The position numbers and the translations under genes were made by a program. Below, piece by piece: positions 18,364 through 29,064 of a stretch of 64,000 bases of DNA (position 1 is the stretch's first letter; each line of letters starts with the position of its first letter). The stretch is taken from assembly GCA_016927655.1 (NCBI GenBank), contig JAFGMG010000001.1, positions 115,599 to 179,598 on the forward strand, in the 5' to 3' direction. This DNA is from Candidatus Dojkabacteria bacterium. GTDB lineage: Bacteria; Patescibacteriota; Dojkabacteria; B142; JAFGMG01. The notes below the pieces were generated by a model. That model ran no database searches, was not told where the DNA came from, and saw nothing but the letters and a program-made list of their open reading frames with translations.

Positions 18364-18849
18364 ATGGATACAGACATTTTAAACAAGGCGGAACAAACAT
18401 ATTTAAAAACCGATATTCCCGAATTTGAAGTTGGGGATACTATTGCTGTGCATACGATTATTAGAGAAAAAGGAAAACAAAGAATACAGGTTTTCAAAGG
18501 CGTTGTAATTGCAATCAAAGGATCTGGGACAAGAAAGACTTTTACTGTTAGAAAAGTCGCAACTGGAGGGATTGGTGTGGAAAAAATTCTTCCTCTTCAT
18601 TCCCCAAATATCAAAAAAATTGAGTTTATCAAAAAAGGAAAAGTAAAAAGATCGAAGATTTATTATATGCGAAAGAGAATTGGTAAGCTGGCAACGAAAA
18701 TTTCAGAGGGAGAAATGAGAGAGTCAATGAAAAAACAGCACGAAAGTTTGAAGGAGGAAAAACTAGAAAAGGAAGAAATCGCACCAGAGAAGGTGGTTGA
18801 ACCTGAGGTTGTTGAAGAAACCGAAGTAAAAACTGAGGAAAAGAAATAA
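18364..18849 (+). CDS. rplS: 50S ribosomal protein L19 with acidic C-terminal extension
   Basis: IPEFEVGDT, RIQVFKGVVI, TFTVRK, GVEKILPLHSP, KVKRSKIYYMR. Confidence 0.97.
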   Translation: MDTDILNKAEQTYLKTDIPEFEVGDTIAVHTIIREKGKQRIQVFKGVVIAIKGSGTRKTFTVRKVATGGIGVEKILPLHSPNIKKIEFIKKGKVKRSKIYYMRKRIGKLATKISEGEMRESMKKQHESLKEEKLEKEEIAPEKVVEPEVVEETEVKTEEKK

Positions 18850-18864
18850 CCTAGAGACAAATCT

Positions 18865-19491
18865 ATGTCCCAAAACTTTTTGGCTCCGTTTCAAGAGACT
18901 AAATTAATTTCCAGAAATTATGATCTAATAGTTGGTATCGACGAAGCTGGCCGCGGGCCATGGGCGGGACCTGTTGCTGTTGGATTTTTTTTATACCTTA
19001 AAGGCGATGCTATAATAGAAGGTATCGATGATTCGAAAAGCCTGAGTTCTAAAGCGCGTGGTATTATTTTCCCTGAGCTTATTTCAACTAATGATAATTT
19101 CTGTCTGCTTGGCACCTCCAAACAAATAGATGAAATTGGCATTGGGAAAACGATTGAAAGATTGATCGGTGACGGCATAAAAAAAATTCTGGCCGGAAAC
19201 ACAGATGCCCGGATTTTATTTTTGATTGACGGATATTTCAAAGAAAATTTCGATGCTGAATATGAGCTGATAAAAAAAGGTGATTCAAAATATTACGTAA
19301 TAGCAGCAGCTTCCATCATCGCAAAAGAGACAAGGGACAATCTGATGAGAAAATTTGCAGTTAAATTCCCCAAATATGGCTTTGAAAAGCATATGGGATA
19401 TGGAACTCAGTATCATAGGCAGATGCTGCAAAAGTATGGACCGAGTGAAATTCATCGAAGAAGCTTTAAACCTGTCAGAGATTTTATTTAG
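18865..19491 (+). CDS. rnhB: Ribonuclease HII
   Basis: GIDEAGRGPWAGPV, DSK, IDG, KGD, AAASIIAK, GYGT, HRRSF. Confidence 0.96.
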   Translation: MSQNFLAPFQETKLISRNYDLIVGIDEAGRGPWAGPVAVGFFLYLKGDAIIEGIDDSKSLSSKARGIIFPELISTNDNFCLLGTSKQIDEIGIGKTIERLIGDGIKKILAGNTDARILFLIDGYFKENFDAEYELIKKGDSKYYVIAAASIIAKETRDNLMRKFAVKFPKYGFEKHMGYGTQYHRQMLQKYGPSEIHRRSFKPVRDFI

Positions 19492-21746
19492 CGGTACCTT
19501 TCTTCAATCTCCTCCCTTCTGACATCGGCTTCAATGCTACCCAGACCAAGAGTTGTAAATACTAGGAATCGAGTCTTTCTAAGCGCTGGATAGATAAATT
19601 CTTTTCCTCCGCCAAGTCTGAGTGCGATCATCCCTATAAGAACTGCTGCAATCCCTAATATCCAAGGAGTCTCATCGACTATCCCAGTTGATGGCAACAC
19701 TCCTGTTGTTCCGCAAAGATCATCTAAGTAGAAATTATACCTGACCTGATCGCTGTCATAAGTTACAGTAGCCACATTTTCGACTCCTTCGGCAAGTGTT
19801 GCTAGATTGGCATTTGGTATGGTAACAGTATAGCTGAATGTCTGACTTTCATTTTCACTGAAAGTTCTTTGGGTTTCTGTGCCTGTCCATGTGATTATCC
19901 CGTTACTGATACTTCCTGTCATCCCAGATGAGGAAGTAATGCCTGTTACCCAGCTATCCTGGATGCCATCGTCAATTTCATCTGTAACGTTGGTGATGAT
20001 TCCGGTTCCCGGTCCAAGGTTTGTAACTGTCAGGGTATAGCTCAAGGTCGCCCCACCTGCTGTGCTGCAAACAGAAGTACCTGTTTTAACTATCAAAAAC
20101 GCAGGTTCTACTTCTTCCCCGGAATCATATGTAAAATCATAAATACAAGCGGGGATAGTTTCCCATGTTGTTCCGCCATCGAAACTTACCTCTACTTCAT
20201 AGCTGCCATTAGCAAGGCTCGATGCCTGCCATGCAAAGTGATACTGCCAGTTGGTTTCTGATACTTGTGCCACTGCAAATGCCGTGACTATACCCTCTCC
20301 TGGATTATAGACATCTTCTCCGACTGGTATATCATCTGATGTTAAAGTTACTCTCAATTTAACGTTAGCAAGTGTATATGGCTGAGTAGTTCCTGTTGTG
20401 TTTACCTCAACGTCAAAAAGCTCTATTTCATTTGGCCCGACAGGATCTGTGGCTGCTCTATCAAGGGCTACGCAAGTATTTGTATCTTCTGCAGTAACCA
20501 TCTCACAATTTATATCACAACCAGGTGTTGGAGTTCCGCCATGATCACACTCTTCTGTTCCATTTACTATCCCATCTCCGCAGTATGTACAGTCTGCACG
20601 GCACTCTACATCTAGAGCTTCGCCTGAAGGACAGATTATTCCGCTAAGCGTTTCTGGATTTTCGCAGGTTTCTCCTGCCTGGCAGATACCATCCCCGCAG
20701 GATTCATTTGGTTCTACCGTACCGCTGCAATTTGAGAATATAAAATCAAAGTTATTCGCTGTTGGATTACCATTCCAGATATCATTATCTGCTCTAGGTA
20801 ATCGACAGTGATCGTAAAATTCATAGCCTAAATCGGTTAGCTTATCTGCTTTTTCATAACTACTGCTTGATACCGTACATACAAGAAAACCTTTTTCATA
20901 ATCTGGATTTGTTTCTTCTACATTCAAGCATTTTAAATTATTAACATTTTCATCATAATCACAATATGTGTTTGCAAGTGTAAGTACTGAATATGAAGTG
21001 CCATTTGAAAGAGTTTTTGTTTCATCAATATTGGAAATTACAACATCAAAATGTCCGCCCCAGCGAATATTATCAAAAAGTACTGAATATTTCCCATCAG
21101 TACCTGTTGTCGTTTTTATAGATTTACGCTCGAGTGCAGCTGGATCATCATTATTGATAAAGATTTCGACCCCAGTCATTGGATATTTCGTAGTTCCTTC
21201 CTGACAATAGACATTACCTTTAAACGTAATCGGATAAGTAGTAGTCCCAGTATCAGTGCCCTCATCCCCACCAGTATCACCGCCACCGCCATCCGAAGTG
21301 CACTCTTTTCTATAAATAACAGCTCCGCAATTACCCCCCCCCACACTATCTCCTGGCTCACTAAAATCTATCTGAACATACCCACAATCTACCGAGTTTA
21401 GATAGCCTTCAATGTTTACTTGCGCACCAGAAGACACCCCATCAGCTACTTGGACACAATTCTCTATACATCTACCAGTCGTTTGTGTTTCTTCGCATAC
21501 ACAGCGATCAACATGCAAACCATTACAGTAGTCGGCACTTGCCATAGTGCAATTCATACCAGAACAACCAAACCCGTAACCAGGATTCAGCAAACTGACA
21601 AATTCCCACGCTCCAGCAGCAGCACTTTCATCCGGAGCCTGACTTTCTCTTGAAAGCCTATAGCCTATATAAACGGACGCCCCGGCTAGTCCTAAAGTCA
21701 GAATAAGAAGAAATACAATTGTAAACCTACGCGCATTCCCTTTCAC
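19488..21746 (-). CDS. Large Cys-rich surface protein (CGDG repeats, DUF11-like domain, C-terminal LPxTG-like signal)
   Basis: N-terminal TM; CGDGICQAGETC and CGDGIVNGTEECD; YTLTVTNLG; LPSTG followed by a hydrophobic stretch and basic residues. Confidence 0.75.
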   Translation of the reverse strand: MKGNARRFTIVFLLILTLGLAGASVYIGYRLSRESQAPDESAAAGAWEFVSLLNPGYGFGCSGMNCTMASADYCNGLHVDRCVCEETQTTGRCIENCVQVADGVSSGAQVNIEGYLNSVDCGYVQIDFSEPGDSVGGGNCGAVIYRKECTSDGGGGDTGGDEGTDTGTTTYPITFKGNVYCQEGTTKYPMTGVEIFINNDDPAALERKSIKTTTGTDGKYSVLFDNIRWGGHFDVVISNIDETKTLSNGTSYSVLTLANTYCDYDENVNNLKCLNVEETNPDYEKGFLVCTVSSSSYEKADKLTDLGYEFYDHCRLPRADNDIWNGNPTANNFDFIFSNCSGTVEPNESCGDGICQAGETCENPETLSGIICPSGEALDVECRADCTYCGDGIVNGTEECDHGGTPTPGCDINCEMVTAEDTNTCVALDRAATDPVGPNEIELFDVEVNTTGTTQPYTLANVKLRVTLTSDDIPVGEDVYNPGEGIVTAFAVAQVSETNWQYHFAWQASSLANGSYEVEVSFDGGTTWETIPACIYDFTYDSGEEVEPAFLIVKTGTSVCSTAGGATLSYTLTVTNLGPGTGIITNVTDEIDDGIQDSWVTGITSSSGMTGSISNGIITWTGTETQRTFSENESQTFSYTVTIPNANLATLAEGVENVATVTYDSDQVRYNFYLDDLCGTTGVLPSTGIVDETPWILGIAAVLIGMIALRLGGGKEFIYPALRKTRFLVFTTLGLGSIEADVRREEIEERYR

Positions 21747-21807
21747 GATTTGTTATTTTTAATTTGCAACTAGTATGCAAACAGTATGTAGAGTTTTTTT
21801 CGCGATG

Positions 21808-23226
21808 TCAACTCAAAAACAGCCCCTCAATGTTAAAAAGAGTATAAATGGCACCTCCAGCAATCAGCACAATCAATACCAATTGTAGAATTCTCGCTCC
21901 ATATTTCTGCCATTCTTTTTTCAATCCACCAACCTTCAAATATTCGAATTCCAGCTCTTTCTTTTCTTTCTGCGCACTCAAATTCGCAACAACCGCCCCA
22001 AGCAGGAAAAGCACAATCAAAACCTGCATAGAATAATTAAAGAAGAAAGCAAGCATCCCAAGCAAGACCAAACTGCCAAATAGTCCATGTGCAAACATTG
22101 ATTTTTTATCCGGTTTCCCGGCAAGAGACCTGGCAGCTAAAGCAAGACTGCCGAAATACACCACGAAAAGAACAAGCCCAAGAAGTCCATAACTGGAAAA
22201 CACATTTGAAACAAAAGTCTGACTACTCACATCAAATCCACCACCGATCATAAATTCAACAGCCTTGATCCCTTTAAACACATCAATGTTGTCCTGTAAA
22301 CCACTTCGAAGAAGACCCAAAGTTCGATCAGAAAACAGCAAATTCAAAACAACCGCCATAGCAAGACCTAATGCAACCAACATATTCAAAACAGCATAAA
22401 GCGCACTATCAACTAGTTTAAATTTCAAACTCCCCTTTTTGTAGCTGATCAAATTACGGATATCTTTTAGTTTATAATCTCTTCTCAAAAAACCAATTCC
22501 AAGAATCAACACCAAAGCAAGCATATAGACAAATGCAAGTTCCAGATCAAGATTGAGAAAGCCAAGTAAGGCAACAAGAATCAATTCCACAAAGTAAATG
22601 ACCTTAAAATAATAGCTTTCAAGTTCAAGCCCGAACCCAATAAAGGCTGGTAAAAGTGCTAATATCAAATAAGCAATCGAAGTAAACACCTCTCCATCAA
22701 TAATGTATTTCCCAACAACTAATACTTGAATACTTGCAAACAAAACAAGCAGAATATTTTTTAGCCGGAAATTTTTCCTGAAAGAAACATCAAAAATATA
22801 ACCGCCAAAAAGCATTAGAAGAATTCCCAGAATCGTATAATGCCAGGCACTTTGATTTGGAAGCATCCCCTGGTTCCCCTCGAGGTCTAAAACCTGCTTA
22901 AGAAGCAGTGTCGAAATCAAGCCAATAGCCAGTAGCAGCGAAGATAGGTCAAACTTGCTCTCCGGGAAAAATTTCACCCCGGCTAAAACCGCTTTCACAG
23001 CCTGCGCTGCAAGAATTATAGCCAATGCACTAACCAGAAGCTCAAAAACATCCACATACTGCACCTTCGCAAGAATCGTAGTTCTTGCGAGCAAGAATGC
23101 AAAAACGATCCCGGTTGTAAGCTGAATTAGATTTAGCAATGTATAAGGAAGCTCTCTGCTTTTTATTTTCGGCAGCGAAAGATCCAGAGTCCTCGAACCA
23201 CTCAAACGAATTCTCAGCTTTGACAT
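21808..23226 (-). CDS. Polytopic membrane protein, possibly O-antigen ligase/polymerase-like
   Basis: About 12 hydrophobic segments; IGGG and YGLLG near the C-terminal third. Confidence 0.5.
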   Translation of the reverse strand: MSKLRIRLSGSRTLDLSLPKIKSRELPYTLLNLIQLTTGIVFAFLLARTTILAKVQYVDVFELLVSALAIILAAQAVKAVLAGVKFFPESKFDLSSLLLAIGLISTLLLKQVLDLEGNQGMLPNQSAWHYTILGILLMLFGGYIFDVSFRKNFRLKNILLVLFASIQVLVVGKYIIDGEVFTSIAYLILALLPAFIGFGLELESYYFKVIYFVELILVALLGFLNLDLELAFVYMLALVLILGIGFLRRDYKLKDIRNLISYKKGSLKFKLVDSALYAVLNMLVALGLAMAVVLNLLFSDRTLGLLRSGLQDNIDVFKGIKAVEFMIGGGFDVSSQTFVSNVFSSYGLLGLVLFVVYFGSLALAARSLAGKPDKKSMFAHGLFGSLVLLGMLAFFFNYSMQVLIVLFLLGAVVANLSAQKEKKELEFEYLKVGGLKKEWQKYGARILQLVLIVLIAGGAIYTLFNIEGLFLS

Positions 23227-23357
23227 TTGAAATTTATATAATAATTAAAAGTGGGCAAGTTTCACTTTGTTTTGTTAAAGAAAGATTATCATAAAGAGGC
23301 TCATGCTTCAAGCGCAATTGCCTAGGTGCTATAATCTCGTACAATTACTGTAAATTA

Positions 23358-24254
23358 TTGAAAACAATTGACGGGCTCAAAATTTCAGAAAAGGTTCTAT
23401 CCGATGTCAAACAGGAAGTCGAAGAATTAGAGACCAAACCAGTTCTGGCAATAATTTATACTGGAGAAAATGCTGCCAGCGAAATATATGTAAACAAAAA
23501 AATCGACGCTGCGAAATTGGTAGGGATCAAGACAGAACTTATTCGTTTACCAGATACGACAACAGAAGATTTAATTCAAATTACAGATGCTTTAAATAAA
23601 AGGGACGAAATCACCGGCTATATCATACAGCTTCCAATGCTAAAGGGTATAGACGGAGAGGAAATTCTTGCAAATATTGCCCCAGCGAAAGATGTAGACG
23701 GATTGAGCCCAGAAAGCCTTGGGAATTTGTGGCATGGAAATGACTGCCTGGTTTCAGCAACCGCGCTTGCAGTTCTAGAATGCTTGAAATACTTCACCAG
23801 ATATGAAGATGGGGAATATAGCCACGAAGAATTGGAGCGCGGGGATGAATTTCTTAGCAAGTCCTTGAAAGGCAAAAACGTGCTGATAATCAATGACACT
23901 CTGCTTGTGGGCAAGCCACTAAGTGCAATCATGCTAAGAAACGGCGCAACTGTTACTATTGCCAATGAAAATACACCGGCACGGGAGCTGCAGAAATTTG
24001 TCGGACGATCGAAAATTGTAATCACTGCAACTGGCAAACATGGCTTGATCAATTCACATATGATTCACGAGGGACAGATCCTGATCGATGTCGGGATAAA
24101 TAAAACTGCACTAGGCATAGGCGGAGATATCGATCCAAAGGGACTTGAGAACATGAATATCTGGTATACACCTGTCCCGAATGGAGTCGGTCCAATCACA
24201 GTTGCAATGCTTCTAAAAAACGTATTAAATGCATACAAGAAAAAATATGAATAA
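23358..24254 (+). CDS. folD: Methylenetetrahydrofolate dehydrogenase/cyclohydrolase
   Basis: ASEIYVNKK, IIQLP, KDVDG, VGKPL, IDVGIN, TPVPNGVGPITVAML. Confidence 0.96.
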   Translation: MKTIDGLKISEKVLSDVKQEVEELETKPVLAIIYTGENAASEIYVNKKIDAAKLVGIKTELIRLPDTTTEDLIQITDALNKRDEITGYIIQLPMLKGIDGEEILANIAPAKDVDGLSPESLGNLWHGNDCLVSATALAVLECLKYFTRYEDGEYSHEELERGDEFLSKSLKGKNVLIINDTLLVGKPLSAIMLRNGATVTIANENTPARELQKFVGRSKIVITATGKHGLINSHMIHEGQILIDVGINKTALGIGGDIDPKGLENMNIWYTPVPNGVGPITVAMLLKNVLNAYKKKYE

Positions 24255-25602
24255 ACCAAATCTCAAAAAATCTGACCTAAAACTAGCAAAACTAATATTA
24301 CTGGAAGAAATCCGCCAGCAGGATAAACTTTCAATGATCCCTTCCGAGAATTTTACGAGCAAAGCTGTCCGTGAAGCTGTTGGAAGTGTGATGATGAACA
24401 AATATTCCGAGGGAAATATTGGAAAAAGATACTACGAAGGGAATGAATTCATCGACGAGATTGAACAGTTAGCAATCGACAGGGCAAGGCAAGCTTTTAA
24501 TCTACCGCAAAACTGGGGAGTAAACGTTCAAGCGCTTTCAGGCAGCAATGCCAATCTAGCCTCCCTTCTAGCCGTATTAAATAAGGACGATCTAATCATG
24601 AGTATGTACCTGCCTGATGGCGGGCATTTGTCTCATGGCTGGTCATACAATCCAGCTCTCAAGCCCGATCCTCAAAATCTGGTTTTTAAAGAAGGAACAA
24701 AAGAAGTCCATGTGGTATCAAAGCTTTTTAAAATCATTCAATACAAAACCGACCCAAAGACCCAGCTATTTGACTATGACAAACTGGAAGAAATTGCCCT
24801 TAAATACAAGCCAAGGATGATAATTACCGGGGGAACAGCTTATCCAAGAGAGATTGATTATAAAAGAATGCGGCAGATTGCAGATAAAGTCGGAGCTTTG
24901 TATTTGGCAGATGTCGCTCATGAGGCAGGTTTAATAAGTGCAGGTGTTTTGAGCTCTCCTGTTAGCATTGCGGATATCGTGACAATGACCACGCACAAGA
25001 CCCTAAGATGCACGAGAGGAGCAATCATTCTTGCCAGAAATGATTTGATCGAGAAAATCAACCACGCAATTCTTCCGGGACTTCAAGGCGGTCCGCACAA
25101 TCACAATATAGCAGGAATCGCTGCCGGACTTAGTGAAGCATTAAAACCAGAATTTAAAATCTACGCTAAACAAGTTGTCAAAAATGCGCAGATCCTGGCA
25201 GAAGAATTAAAGAAGTATGACTTTAATCTAGTCTCTGGAGGAACTGATAAGCACATGATCCTGATCAATATGACAAACAAGGGAATCCTTGGGAAAAAAG
25301 CTGCAAGAGCACTTGATCATGCAGGAATCGTTGCAAATATGAACACCATGCCTCAAGAAACAAGAAGTCCGGCAAACCCATCGGCCCTTCGGCTTGGGAC
25401 TCCGGTCATTACAACTAGGGGGATGAAAGTAAAAGAAATGAAACAAATCGCCAAATGGATAAATGAAGTTATTGAAATTGCAAAAGAATATACCAACTTG
25501 GAATTTGACGAATTTGATGAAAGGACCGCAAAAGATAAAAAAATCAAAGCCATAGCGATAGAAGTTAAAAAGCTTTGCAGGAAATTCCCATTAGCGATTT
25601 AG
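24247..25602 (+). CDS. glyA: Serine hydroxymethyltransferase
   Basis: SENF, NKYSEG, RYYEG, GGHLSHG, TTHKTLR, QGGP, GGTDKH, LRLGTP; start ATG 24247 overlaps the folD end. Confidence 0.97.
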   Translation: MNKPNLKKSDLKLAKLILLEEIRQQDKLSMIPSENFTSKAVREAVGSVMMNKYSEGNIGKRYYEGNEFIDEIEQLAIDRARQAFNLPQNWGVNVQALSGSNANLASLLAVLNKDDLIMSMYLPDGGHLSHGWSYNPALKPDPQNLVFKEGTKEVHVVSKLFKIIQYKTDPKTQLFDYDKLEEIALKYKPRMIITGGTAYPREIDYKRMRQIADKVGALYLADVAHEAGLISAGVLSSPVSIADIVTMTTHKTLRCTRGAIILARNDLIEKINHAILPGLQGGPHNHNIAGIAAGLSEALKPEFKIYAKQVVKNAQILAEELKKYDFNLVSGGTDKHMILINMTNKGILGKKAARALDHAGIVANMNTMPQETRSPANPSALRLGTPVITTRGMKVKEMKQIAKWINEVIEIAKEYTNLEFDEFDERTAKDKKIKAIAIEVKKLCRKFPLAI

Positions 25603-26700
25603 AAGGTTCGCATACAATCTCTCATATTCCCCAACCATCCTACTGACTGAAAAAAGTTTTTTGACCCTTTTTCTGGCCCTTTCAATATTTTCCTCCCTTA
25701 TTCCCTTATTGCTTGCGATATTTTCAATTGCTTTAGCCAGCTCCCCGGAATTTCCCGGCTCGACAAGAAGGCCTCCATCCTGGACTATTTCAGGCAGTGC
25801 TCCTGCTGTAGTTGCAATAACCGGGATCTCATATCCCATAGCCTCAGCAGTAGCCATTCCGAAACTTTCATCTAAAGAAGGCTGGACATAGATGTTTATT
25901 CCCGACCAGAAATCCTTCAAGTCTTCCCTTACTCCAAGCCATTGAACGTCAAAATTCACCTTTAGATCAACTGCGTGCTGCTTGAGAAAATCTTCTTCCG
26001 GCCCTTCTCCCACCACTTTCAATATTATCTTGTTGGAATTATTTTCACCAAATTTTGCAATTGCCTCTAGTAGAAAAAGAATCCCTTTTCTTCTGTGAAG
26101 TGAGGCAATAGTACCAACCGCAATCGGCTCCCAGGACTTTCTTGGCATGATTTTATCAAACTCTACTCCGTTATAGATCACACTGGAAGTTTCTTTTGAA
26201 GTTATTTTTTTGCGCAAAAGAAAGTCCTGGACTGCTTTTGAAACGCAGACAGTCCATGTCGTAAACCTTGACATTCTTCTTAAATTTGCCAGCTGGTAGC
26301 CCCTGCGCCAGTTCTGCGGCAATGTATAATCTTTAGTCCAATTATGCTCAGTATATACAAGAATCTGCCTGAATCTTGAGTTGAGCATTTTTAAAAATGA
26401 ACCAGCCTTAACCCCCTGTGCATGAAGAATTACTCTTGGATTTTTCTCAATTTCTGCTTTTAAAAATTTACGCAATTTCCGGACATTGCCAATGCCTCTT
26501 TTGAATTCAAATTCAAAATGCTTGATCCCTAATTTCTTCGCCTTTTTCGAAAGGAACCCGGAGGGACTAATTACAACGAGTTCGTAGCCCTTTTTGTTCA
26601 AACCTTCAAGAAGCTTTAGAAGCTGAATAGGCCCGCCCGAAAAGCCCGCATCTGCAATTGCATAAATTATTTTTGTTTTAGCTTCCGTCATTTTTATCAC
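25591..26700 (-). CDS. GT4 glycosyltransferase
   Basis: SGGP, YTEH, IYNGV, RKG, PSLDESFGMATAEAM. Confidence 0.92.
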   Translation of the reverse strand: MIKMTEAKTKIIYAIADAGFSGGPIQLLKLLEGLNKKGYELVVISPSGFLSKKAKKLGIKHFEFEFKRGIGNVRKLRKFLKAEIEKNPRVILHAQGVKAGSFLKMLNSRFRQILVYTEHNWTKDYTLPQNWRRGYQLANLRRMSRFTTWTVCVSKAVQDFLLRKKITSKETSSVIYNGVEFDKIMPRKSWEPIAVGTIASLHRRKGILFLLEAIAKFGENNSNKIILKVVGEGPEEDFLKQHAVDLKVNFDVQWLGVREDLKDFWSGINIYVQPSLDESFGMATAEAMGYEIPVIATTAGALPEIVQDGGLLVEPGNSGELAKAIENIASNKGIREENIERARKRVKKLFSVSRMVGEYERLYANLLNR

Positions 26701-27415
26701 AATTTAATATTCGAAAAACTCCATCTTCCAGACTGGCAGGGCAGTATCCATCTCGTCTCCTGACAAACCAGTCTTCTTCATTTTCAGGGAGTTTTACATT
26801 TGAGTCCAAAATATTTTCGGGCGGGTAGTTTGTCGCCGTGATATTCCAAAGTCCGATTAAAAAAATATAAAAAACAAATAGTCCTGTCATCAATAAGCCA
26901 AAAACGCTGGTTTTTGACAATTTCCGCCTTCTATCTTTATAGCTGGTTTCAATTTCCTTTAAGCTTGGATAAATCCACATCCCAAGACCCACACCAAGGG
27001 TCGAACCAGTAAGCATCCGGGTTAAATTTGTACTGGAATAGAATACATGCCCGCTCTCGGAAAGTCCAAGCATAGTAGCTACAAGCTGGATTCCTCCATC
27101 AAGACCGATCGGCAGGACGAAAAGAATTGCCTCATACCATTTAATCTCAGCTGTTTTAATAAATTTAAATACCACTCCAGCAGCAAATAATCCGAACCAG
27201 ATAAAAGCATCTCTTGTGCACCATGCGACCTGGTAGTCAAAGATATGAAGACTTCGGTAATGAAGCTGATGGCAGAAAAATGAGTATATAAAATAGATAT
27301 ATTTTGCTACTTCTTCCAAACCAAAATGCATAAGAACAGGAGCAAGATAGGCAAAAAAATTAAGCATAAAAACGAAAAGCAGCAGTAAATTGTATGGAGT
27401 TATATATTTTTTCAT
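26678..27415 (-). CDS. DUF2085-like membrane protein
   Basis: CHQ...RS, CTRD, LDGGIQ, STNLTRMLTG. Confidence 0.8.
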   Translation of the reverse strand: MKKYITPYNLLLLFVFMLNFFAYLAPVLMHFGLEEVAKYIYFIYSFFCHQLHYRSLHIFDYQVAWCTRDAFIWFGLFAAGVVFKFIKTAEIKWYEAILFVLPIGLDGGIQLVATMLGLSESGHVFYSSTNLTRMLTGSTLGVGLGMWIYPSLKEIETSYKDRRRKLSKTSVFGLLMTGLFVFYIFLIGLWNITATNYPPENILDSNVKLPENEEDWFVRRRDGYCPASLEDGVFRILNCDKNDGS

Positions 27416-29064
27416 TGAATTTTTGCATCAATTAGTACTATCTGGACCTTTTGCTGCCCATTCCACTCATTTAGAGAAATCCTGCCAGCAAGATCAATCT
27501 TACCATTTAAAGTGATTTCTGATAACTCCTCTGCTTTACCAAACGCTAGAACTTCTACGAATGATTTTCTTTTTTCATCCGTGACAACTAGTTTGAGATG
27601 TTTTTCATCTGTGCCGAATTTGAAAATTTTCACAACTTTGAGATCTCGAAATTGGAAAACTGGTTCTTGATTGCCTTCCCCAAATGGAGCCAGCTTCTTA
27701 AGCTGCTTGTAAAGTTCAAGGGTCAGATCTGAGAAGTCTAACTCCATATCAATTTCTAACACTCGCTGAAACAGTTCTTCACGAAAGTTTTCATTAATAT
27801 ACTGAGCTATTTGGGTTTTGACGTTCTGCATGTTTGTCTCTTCGAAACTCAAGCCTGCGGCTTGGGAATGTCCGCCAAATCGAACTAACAGACTTTCATG
27901 CTGGGCAATAACTTCAGTAATATTTATTCCCTCGATGCTTCTGGCTGATCCGACTATCAAGCCATTCGATTTTGTGGCAGCAATCGCCGGCTTGTAGAAA
28001 GTCTCTTTGAGTTTGCCAGCGACCAAGCCTACTATTCCTTCATTCCAATTCTCATTGTAAGCAAATAAAAAGCTATCCTCATGTGAAATCTGCTCAAGAG
28101 CAGAATCCATCATAAATTGCGTCTCCTGCTGTCTTTGAATATTTAAATCATTTAAATACCAAGCAAGCTTCAGAGCTGCATCTTCGTTTTCTGTTGAAAA
28201 AAGTTTAACAGCGATCATTGCATCTTTCATCCTGCCGGCAGCATTGATTCTGGGACCTATTACAAAACCAATATTATAAGTGTCTGTTTTTGTGATGTCT
28301 CTGCCGGCAACTTTCATCAAGGCTTTCAAGCCGGGATTTTCTCCTTTTCTGATTCTTTCCAGGCCAGATTTCACAATCATTCTGTTTTCTCCGATTAAAG
28401 GCATTACATCTGTAACTGTTCCGATGCAGGCAAGATCAAGATACTTATATGGATCAAACTTTCTATTTTTCGCTTTGTTCAATTTTTCAGATAAAGCGCA
28501 AATTAATTTCCATGAAACTCCTGCACCCGCAAGATGTCTGAATGGATATTTCGAATCTTTCCTGTCCGGGTGTATAGCAATATGCGGGAAATTTTGATCT
28601 TCGGGCAGTGTATGATGATCCGTCACTACAAAATCAACCTGCTTTGAAAATTTCTGAATGATTTCCGAATCTTTAATCCCGCAATCGACTGTGATTATCA
28701 AATTAATCCCCTGGTCTATCAGAGATTTAATTGCTTCCTGATTTAGCCCATAGCCCTCATCGAATCTGGAAGGAATATAAGGTATAACGTCTACACCAAG
28801 TTCCCTGTACAAGAACTTCCAAAGTATTGAAGTGGCGGTAACTCCGTCAGCATCGTAATCCCCATAAATTGCAACTTTTTCTTTTTTTTCTCTTGCTTCA
28901 AGAATTCTTTCCGCTCCCCTTCTCATATCCGGAATCAAAAAAGGATCGTGAAATTTACTCTCTTTTTCAATACCGCGGGAGGCCATTAGCAATGGGACTA
29001 TTTCTGCAACTTTGACTTTTTCATTGAGAATTTTCCAGATCATGAGCGAATTGATTTTATCCAC
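27412..29064 (-). CDS. recJ: ssDNA exonuclease RecJ
   Basis: YGDYDADG, TVDCG, TDHH, GPRINAAGR, GGHSQAAG, PFGEGN. Confidence 0.97.
   Translation of the reverse strand: MDKINSLMIWKILNEKVKVAEIVPLLMASRGIEKESKFHDPFLIPDMRRGAERILEAREKKEKVAIYGDYDADGVTATSILWKFLYRELGVDVIPYIPSRFDEGYGLNQEAIKSLIDQGINLIITVDCGIKDSEIIQKFSKQVDFVVTDHHTLPEDQNFPHIAIHPDRKDSKYPFRHLAGAGVSWKLICALSEKLNKAKNRKFDPYKYLDLACIGTVTDVMPLIGENRMIVKSGLERIRKGENPGLKALMKVAGRDITKTDTYNIGFVIGPRINAAGRMKDAMIAVKLFSTENEDAALKLAWYLNDLNIQRQQETQFMMDSALEQISHEDSFLFAYNENWNEGIVGLVAGKLKETFYKPAIAATKSNGLIVGSARSIEGINITEVIAQHESLLVRFGGHSQAAGLSFEETNMQNVKTQIAQYINENFREELFQRVLEIDMELDFSDLTLELYKQLKKLAPFGEGNQEPVFQFRDLKVVKIFKFGTDEKHLKLVVTDEKRKSFVEVLAFGKAEELSEITLNGKIDLAGRISLNEWNGQQKVQIVLIDAKIQ

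Noticed and set aside
18720-18849. Acidic tail on L19
   Set aside because: Low-complexity extensions on ribosomal proteins are common, and there is no further signal.
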